DNA of 64,000 nucleotides. Source: Felis catus. Lineage: Eukaryota. The translations under genes and the position numbers were made by a program. Position 1 is the stretch's first letter. The number at the start of each line of letters is the position of its first letter. Positions 56,866 to 64,000 of the stretch are shown piece by piece. The notes under the pieces are model-generated. The model was given only the letters and a program-made list of their open reading frames with translations. It searched no databases and was not told the origin of the DNA. The DNA lies in NCBI RefSeq assembly GCF_018350175.1, contig NC_058369.1, positions 5,148,001-5,212,000 of the forward strand. The letters are read 5' to 3'.

Positions 56866-57214
56866 AAGCCTTTTAGTGAGCACTTACTAGAGGGATTCCG
56901 CCTCTGCTGCTGGATAACAAAAGTTCAAATCTTGCTTCTCCCACCTCCTATACATGTTCTGTTTCCCCACACAAAAAATGGAAATCATAGTTTCTACTTC
57001 ATAGATTTCTTTCTAAAATGAAGTTAACATACATAAGATACTTAATACTTGGCTCGCAAGAAAGTATTATTTTTATCTCTGTGTGCCAGAAATATTACTA
57101 TCATAAATACAAAAATGTTAATGAAAGTACTTGTTTTTTAAGAGAAATGAGGTAATATCTGTGTTATCCTGTAATTTGCTTAACTTAACAACAGCTCACT
57201 GACCTTTTTGCTTG

Positions 57215-57217
<3 letters not shown>

Positions 57218-57248
<31 letters not shown>
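57218..57248. repeat. (TG)n microsatellite
   Basis: Direct reading. Confidence 0.95.
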
Positions 57249-57249
<1 letters not shown>

Positions 57250-57501
57250 TCACTGTTTTATTAACAGCTGTGTACTATTCTGTGATTTGATTTAGTCATT
57301 TATTTAGCCAATCTGTCGGACATTCAGACTTTCCAACTTCATGTTGTCAGAAACCATACTGAAATAAACATCACTGGACAAGATCCTTGCACAGTTTTTA
57401 AGCATTTCTGGAAGGATTAATTCCAGGAAGGAAAACCTCTGGGTCAGAGCTAGGTGTAACTGGGGCTATTCCAGGTGCTGACTTAAAGGCTACACCAATT
57501 T

Positions 57502-57722
57502 GAGAGGGAAAGGAGGAGAAGGGGAGAGAGAGAGAGAGAGGCAGAGGGAGGGAGGGAGAGAGAGGAAGAAGGAGAGAAGGAGAGAGAGAGAGGGAGTTGA
57601 GAAGGGGAGAGAGAGAAGGAGAGGGGGAGAGGGGGGAGAGAGGGAGGGGGAGAGCAAGAGGGAGAGGGAGAGAAGGAGGGAGAGGGAGACAAGGGGGAGA
57701 AGAAGGGAGAGAGGGAGAAGAG
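57502..57722. repeat. Polypurine (G/A) low-complexity tract
   Basis: ~220 nt almost entirely G and A. Confidence 0.9.
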
Positions 57723-57787
57723 CTGCTGTCTCAGGGGCAGGGGAAGAGGGAGAGAGTGCACATGCACAGACACACCTTTCCTTGCAG

Positions 57788-57965
57788 AGTGCGGCTGAGA
57801 GCCTTACCTCTGTGCTCGAGCAAACATCCACATGGTCCAACTTCTCCCAAGAGGAGACCTCTGCCCTGGCCACTGTCATACTGGAGAGTGTGAAGAGCAG
57901 CACCCTGGCCGCTTTCCTGAAACCCTCAGCCAATGTCACTCAGACTGTTCAGACGGAACACTTGG
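57788..57965 (+). CDS. ADGRE1: GAIN exon (178 nt)
   Basis: tgcag|AGTGC...CTTGG|gtaag; SAAESLTSVLEQTSTWSNFSQEETSALATVILESVKSSTLAAFLKPSANVTQTVQTEHL. Confidence 0.93.
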
Positions 57966-58781
57966 GTAAGGTGGCAAGGTTCCATCTGGGTGCTGCTTTT
58001 GAGGGGGGCCGTGGGCAATGCTATGCCCCATGGCTTTCCCGTACACTACTTCCCCCAACTGTTTCAAACCTCAGAGCCCACAGAAAAGCAAGTCCCAGGA
58101 TAGTAACAGCATCTCCCATTTACTGAGTGCCTGGCCTTGAGGTAAGGGTGTGTGTCATTGATTCATTCAACAACTGTCTGAGCCCCACAGTAAACAAAGA
58201 TCTAGTAAATGAAACAGAGATAGTGCCACTGATTACCTGGCTTACATTTTAAAGGGCTACCTCCAGTTCCATTGCCTATTTTGTTGTCCTGGGGACCCCC
58301 GCAATTAGTGCCATGTCACAGGTGAGAGACCTGAGGCTCAGAGAGGTTAAGTCATTGGTTGTGTTTGCACAGCTGGTGAGTGGCAGAAGCCAATGCAGCC
58401 TCTGAGCCCTTGTCCACTCTGCTGGGTTAGTCCAACCCGTTCCTACTTCCTCTGGCTTTGGAAAACTCATCTACATTTAGAGCAGCCAGAGGGTCCGGAC
58501 TATGTTGCCTTCCATCACTGTTGGCCTCAACCCCAGCTTTCCCTGAGGCACCCCCTAAGGTGCGAGCCCTCACCCCTGCAGCCCCACCTGGGTTTCTCTC
58601 ATTTGTTTGCGGCTATCATCCTCCCGTCACTCACTCACCACGGGGCTCGAGGTCTTTCCCATGATGAACTGGCCTTTTTTACTCTTTGCAACTAGGTAGG
58701 TGTAACTTTGTGGGGCAGGAAACCGAATTTAGGACCCACTTTCTGGGGGACCTCGGGCAAAGTCTCCCTATCTCCTTTTAG

Positions 58782-58901
58782 AAATTGAAAGCAAGATCAT
58801 CCAGGGAGAATGTGCTGAAGAGAACATGATCCTTCACTTCAAAGCCAAAGGGAATGAGATGAAAATTCGGTGCTCTACAATCAAGGAATCTGAATCCATA
58901 G
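58782..58901 (+). CDS. ADGRE1: GAIN exon (120 nt)
   Basis: tttag|AAATT...CATAG|gtaca; EIESKIIQGECAEENMILHFKAKGNEMKIRCSTIKESESI. Confidence 0.92.
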
Positions 58902-59739
58902 GTACAGAGGTGCTCCTGAGAACCAGGGAGGGGGGCTGCGGTGTATCCGATTGGCAAACATTTACCAGTCAACTCTTGGGTTCCAAGACCAGTGAGGTAA
59001 GGCCCCTGCCCTCAGGGAGCCAGATATTAAATACATAAACACTCCCAATAATGGACTACCAAGAGCTTGGCTGGCTGGTATGGCAGCCACCAGCCATGTT
59101 TTGTGATTGAGCACGTGAAATGTGGCCAGGCTGTACTTTACGACCTGGTAAAGTACACACCGGAATCCAAAGGCTTGATACAAAAAAATGGTGGAGAAAA
59201 TCTCATGCATACTTCTTATATGGATTCTAGGCTGAAATGATGATGTTTTGCATGTGTTGCAAAATTAATTATTAAAATTTATTTTACCTGTTTTTGACTT
59301 TTGTAAAATCTGGCTACCTGAAAATTTTAAATTATCTGTGTGGTTCATGTTATAATTCTAGCGGAAAGCGCTGATCTGTATCAGGGATCGGCAGGCTTGT
59401 CCTATAGAGGGCGGATTAGTAAGTATTTCAGGCATGGAGGGCAAAAGAGTCTCAAAGTACAAAGACGTTCATACACGATGTGTAAATGAATGGACGTAGC
59501 TGTGCTACAGTAAGTTTCATTTACACGAAACAGGCAGTGACCAGATTGGCCTATGGGCTGCTGTTTCCCACTCTGGTGTGCAGGGCTCAGGGAGCAGGCC
59601 TGGGACATCCCTGAAGGCCACCAACATGGAGAGGGGAAGCCTACCAAACAGATGAACGAGACTGACCATCAGTGTGGGAGGGGACTTGTATCCCACTGCT
59701 CAGTTTGATTATCCCTTAAAGACATAAATTCATATTCAT

Positions 59740-59937
59740 TTTTAAAAATTTTAATGTTTATTCATTTTTGAGGGGGGGGGAGAGAGAATGAGTGGAGGAG
59801 GGGCAGAGAGAGAGAGGAAGACACAGAATTTGAGCTGTCGGCACAGAGCCTGACATGGGACTCGAACCCACGCACAGTGAGACCATGACCTGAGCCAAAG
59901 TTGGATGCTTAACCGGCTGAGCCACTCAGGTGCCCCT
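59740..59937 (-). mobile_element. SINEC
   Basis: Antisense SINE body ending gccactcaggtgcccc. Confidence 0.82.
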
Positions 59938-60099
59938 GTATTAATTTTAAATGTAGCCAAATGTTGCCATGCTCAGAGCAGGCCCCTGGAGGTCCGGAAG
60001 TACGTGAGGTATTACAGTCTGTATATGTGTGTACTTGGTGGGTCATTGATAGTCACTACTGAGCAAATTATTCCTTTTTCTTTTTCTGTTTGCATTTAG

Positions 60100-60311
60100 G
60101 GAATATTACAGGGACCATCGGGGTAGCTTTTGTCTCCTTTTCGGGGATGGAGTTGTTTTTAGATGAGAGTTTCTTCCAAGACCCTCAGAACCCCTTGGCC
60201 AATTCCCAGAGGAGGCTAAAGATGAATTCTCACGTTGTGCAGGGCATCATGACTGGGGAGAAGCAAGATGGGTTCTCTAACCCAGTCATTTACACGCTGG
60301 AGAACATCGAG
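60100..60311 (+). CDS. ADGRE1: GAIN exon (acceptor at 60100 or 60112, both in frame)
   Basis: (GNIT)GTIGVAFVSFSGMELFLDESFFQDPQNPLANSQRRLKMNSHVVQGIMTGEKQDGFSNPVIYTLENIE|gtttgt. Confidence 0.9.
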
Positions 60312-60544
60312 GTTTGTGAAGTGGTCCCTGTCGAACCCCCATCTACCTACTGAGAACACTTCACCCCACAGTGAGCTTGACTTTCCTTTCTGATAGAGAC
60401 CCATGAAGGCATCATCCTTCTAGCAAGTCAAGCCCGTCCCCCAAATCCACCTCCAGAGGAGTGGGCTCTCATATATATATATTATATGTATATAGTATAT
60501 ATAAGTAGTATATAGTATATTTAACATATATAGCATATATTAAA

Positions 60545-60745
60545 AAAATTTTTAACGTTTATTTATTTTTGAGACAAAGACAGAGCATGAACAAGGGAGG
60601 GGCAGAGAGAGAGGGAAACACAGAATCTGAAGCAGGCTCCAGGCTCCGAGCTGTCAGCACAGAGCCCGACGCGGGGCTCGAACTCACAGACCATGAGATC
60701 ATGACCTGAGCCTCAATTCCACCAACTGAGCCACCCAGGAGCCCC
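60545..60745 (-). mobile_element. SINEC in a TA-rich tract
   Basis: Antisense SINE body ending gccacccaggagcccc. Confidence 0.85.
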
Positions 60746-61047
60746 TATATAGCGTATATTATATACAGTACCTATAGTCACCCACTCATCACTGGGCAAG
60801 ATTGGGCTCAGATTGAGGAATGTTGATGCAGGAACATTTACAGGGACTTTATTACATTGGCCATGCCAAGTCGGTTGTAGAGGCATCTCTGGTATCCACG
60901 ACCTTTCTCTCCATCCTCGCACATTGAAATATTACATCGCCCTCCATTCCCTCCCAGACATGCCCGCATCTTCTTGCGGGTCATCTTGAGATGACTCTTC
61001 AAGTTGGTCATACTGAACCCGTTTGACCAGAGCCTTTACGTTTTCAG

Positions 61048-61218
61048 CCAAAGCAGACGTTTGAGAGTCCTATCTGTGTTTCCTGGGACGCAGATAGGGA
61101 GGGTGGCAGGTGGATACCCTCTGGCTGTAAGATCCATGAAGTTTCTGAGATGTATACTACGTGCAGCTGTCATCACATGATGAACCTGGCCGTCATCATG
61201 GCTTCTGGGGAGCTCACG
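61048..61218 (+). CDS. ADGRE1: GPS exon (171 nt)
   Basis: ttcag|CCAAA...TCACG|gtcagt; PKQTFESPICVSWDADREGGRWIPSGCKIHEVSEMYTTCSCHHMMNLAVIMASGELT. Confidence 0.95.
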
Positions 61219-62702
61219 GTCAGTACGGATTCTCTGTGTTCTAGCTCTCCAAATCCAAGGGGAAAATATTGAACGAACACCCGTTGCGTGTCTCCCATGG
61301 CCTTGGGTGTTGTGGGACGGCGTCATGGGGGACAGGCAGGGTGTGCAATGCCTCTGCCCTGGGAGAATTCATAGTTTGGCTGGGAAGCCGTGGCATTCAC
61401 ATATGAAAGGAGAAATGACCCTGAACAGGTTAAAACTGACAGATCCCATTTACAGAGCCTATCCTGTGTTGGACCCTTTATTTTCAGTTAAATGTTTTCA
61501 GGCCATTTTACAGGATGGAGGCTGAGGTTCCTTAGCCCACTTACTCAGAAATCTAAGTGGCTGGGGATGAGACCTGAACCCAGGACAGTCTCCTTCCACA
61601 AAACCAAGTAAATGGTGCGAGAAGTTGTGCTATAGGAATCCAGAAGTGTGTCCGTGAGAGCTGGTGATGGGTCAGGGTGGGGATGGGTGAAGTGAGCCTT
61701 GGTGAGTGGGCAGACGCAGTGGAGGGGGAGGACATAGAGGGCATTTGTATGCTCCCTGCATAGCTGTGAGCACTTGAAGTATTTTCATTTAGTATCGCTT
61801 AGCGTATTCATCGGTATCCTCTCTTAACAGATGAGGGAGCTGAGGCACAGAGTAGCCACGTGTCTTTCCCAAGCTCCTACAGCTAGCAGCTGCCAAAAGT
61901 ACAGTCGGTTCTCTTAACCACCACAAAACAAAGTAACAAAGTAACAAAGTCATAGGGACTAGCTCGGGAGATGGTGTGCTTTGGCACATCTTTAACACAG
62001 AAGGAACTCAGCATTTTTAAATCAGTCATGCGTAATGGCACAGGGGAAGGATCCGGCTTGCCCTGTCTACTCGCAGAAATTGGGGCATCTCAGAACGCCT
62101 GTATGGCAGGCCTGGTTCAGTGCAGGAAACAGTAATCACTCTAGCTATTTCAAATACGGAACAGGATGCCCACAAAATCACAGGGAGGGTTGGAGGCGTT
62201 GAAGTCAGGGGTTTCCACTTGGGGTTTAGCTTCAAGATCAGCCCTCTGCAGCTGTAATCCAGAGGTCAGAAATTGCTGCTGTCGGATCACCCCACCTCCA
62301 CACAATCGAAGAAGGGACAGCTAGAACGTGGAGTCCAGCCATAACTTGCTCCTGTCTAGAAGGCTGGTGTCTGCCTCCATTCTGCCTTCCAAAATTTTCA
62401 TGCATATACCTCATTGGAAAACCTAAAGAACATCCAGGACCCTACCCCCAGGACATTATGGGAAATGTAGTTTATAGACACCCTGCCCTAATGTGACAGG
62501 GGGTGGGGCACAGGACAGGAGTGGGAATGGGTGTTGATGGATGCCAAAGGGTGACGATGGACAATATCTCAGTCACTCTGAGTGTCAGAAGGAGAAAAGG
62601 TCCCCGAGCCCTTTCTGCCCTGGTCAGGAGTCTGGATAATTCTTTTTTTCTGCCTGGAGGGATGTCGACCCTTCTGTGAATGATGTATCTGCTTCCTGAC
62701 AG

Positions 62703-62897
62703 ACGGAGTTACCCTTGTACATCATTAGCCACGTGGGTTTGATCATCTCCCTGGTGTGTCTCGTCTTGGCCATCGCCACCTTCCTGCTGTGTCGTGCCAT
62801 TCACAACCACAACACCTACCTCCACCTGCACCTCTGCGTGTGCCTCTTCTTGGCCAAGACTCTCTTCCTCACCGGTGTAGACAAGACTGGCAACCAG
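62703..62897 (+). CDS. ADGRE1: TM1-TM2 exon (195 nt)
   Basis: gacag|ACGGA...ACCAG|gtctc; TELPLYIISHVGLIISLVCLVLAIATFLLCRAIHNHNTYLHLHLCVCLFLAKTLFLTGVDKTGNQ. Confidence 0.93.
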
Positions 62898-64000
62898 GTC
62901 TCACATCCCTCAGGCTGTGTCCTTGCCCAGCCCCACCATCTCCATATCTGCCCCTGCCCATCCTACCCAATTATCTCTATGCTAGGTCCCACCTCAGGAC
63001 CTTTGCACGTGCTATACCCTCTTTTGATAATACTTGTTCCCCAATTCTTTACCTGGTTTACTCATTCTTGTGATAGGTGTCAGTTTAAAATCATTTCCCT
63101 GGTCATGTTATATATTGTGGTGGTCTCTCCTATTATTCTTTAAACTGGTTATTACCTTGGATGATTCTTACTCCTAGGGGACACTCAGCAATATCTAGAG
63201 ACATTATCGGTGGTTATCCCTGGGAGAGGGTGCTACTGACATCCAGTGGAGACTAGGGATGCTTCCAAACACCCTACAGTCCACAGAACAGCCCCCATGA
63301 AAGAAAATAATCTGGCAACAGTGTTACAAATGTCAACAATACCACAGCTGAGAAACTCTATCCCTTATCAGTCTATTTTTTCTCTTTCCCAGCTTTTATT
63401 TGAAACCATATTGATTATTTGTTGATTTACTTGCTGTATATTCCTCCCCCCCCAACACACACACAGTAGACTGTGAACCCCATGAGAGCAAGACCTTTGG
63501 CCAATTTACTCCTTATAGCTATACCAGAAACATAGTAGGTTCTTAGGGTTTTTCCAGAAGGAGCACTATTGACATTTTGGCTGGGGTGATCATTCTTTGT
63601 GCAGTTTACTGTCACATGTTTAGCGTCCCAGACCCCTTGAGAACTCAATGCTAGTACCACACGTCCCTCCCATCATTTGACCAGGAGCGAGCAAACTTTT
63701 TCTGTTTTAAAGAAGCAGGCATAAATATTTTTCGCTTTGCAGATCCTAGGGTCTCTGTCACAGCCACTCAACTTTGCTGTTTTAGCATGAAAACTGCCAC
63801 AGAAAATACAGAAATGGATATGGCTTTGTGCCAGTGAAACATTATTTACAAAACAGGCAGCCAGCCTGATGGCTATAGTGTGCTGACCCCTGCACTCAAT
63901 ATCTTCAAACATCCTCTGAAGTAGGGCGATCAGCTATCTGTTCTCAAAACTCTCCCGGTTTTAACACTGAAAAGTCCCATGTCCTGGGAGACACCAGTCC

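Noticed and set aside
57483..58126. 208-aa R/E/G-rich ORF and its antisense S/L/P ORFs as novel proteins
   Set aside because: Produced by the polypurine tract running into the real 57788-57965 exon.

Overview
Felid (cat-family) genomic DNA, judged from SINEC_Fc-type SINEs and carnivore L1s. It covers the internal part of ADGRE1 (EMR1, F4/80), an adhesion GPCR on the + strand, from the first EGF exon to the TM1-2 exon; the signal-peptide and TM3-7 exons lie outside the window. A ~20-kb unit is repeated about 2.25 times (~3200-48400), so the EGF2-3-4-5 exon cassette is present three times. This gives 14 intact, in-frame, phase-1 EGF exons (1; 2-5; 2-5; 2-4; 6; 7), plus one broken EGF5 and two dead EGF1 fragments. 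Each spacer between cassettes holds an old EGF1 relic, a 1.35-kb inverted copy of the intron upstream of EGF2 with microhomology junctions, and a full-length L1 nested in another L1. The copies are a patchwork, pointing to two duplication epochs plus gene conversion. The inverted segments could pair in the pre-mRNA and loop out whole four-exon cassettes in frame (14, 10 or 6 EGFs); this is a hypothesis. Exon boundaries were read by hand from AG/GT sites; repeat boundaries and identities are by eye and approximate.
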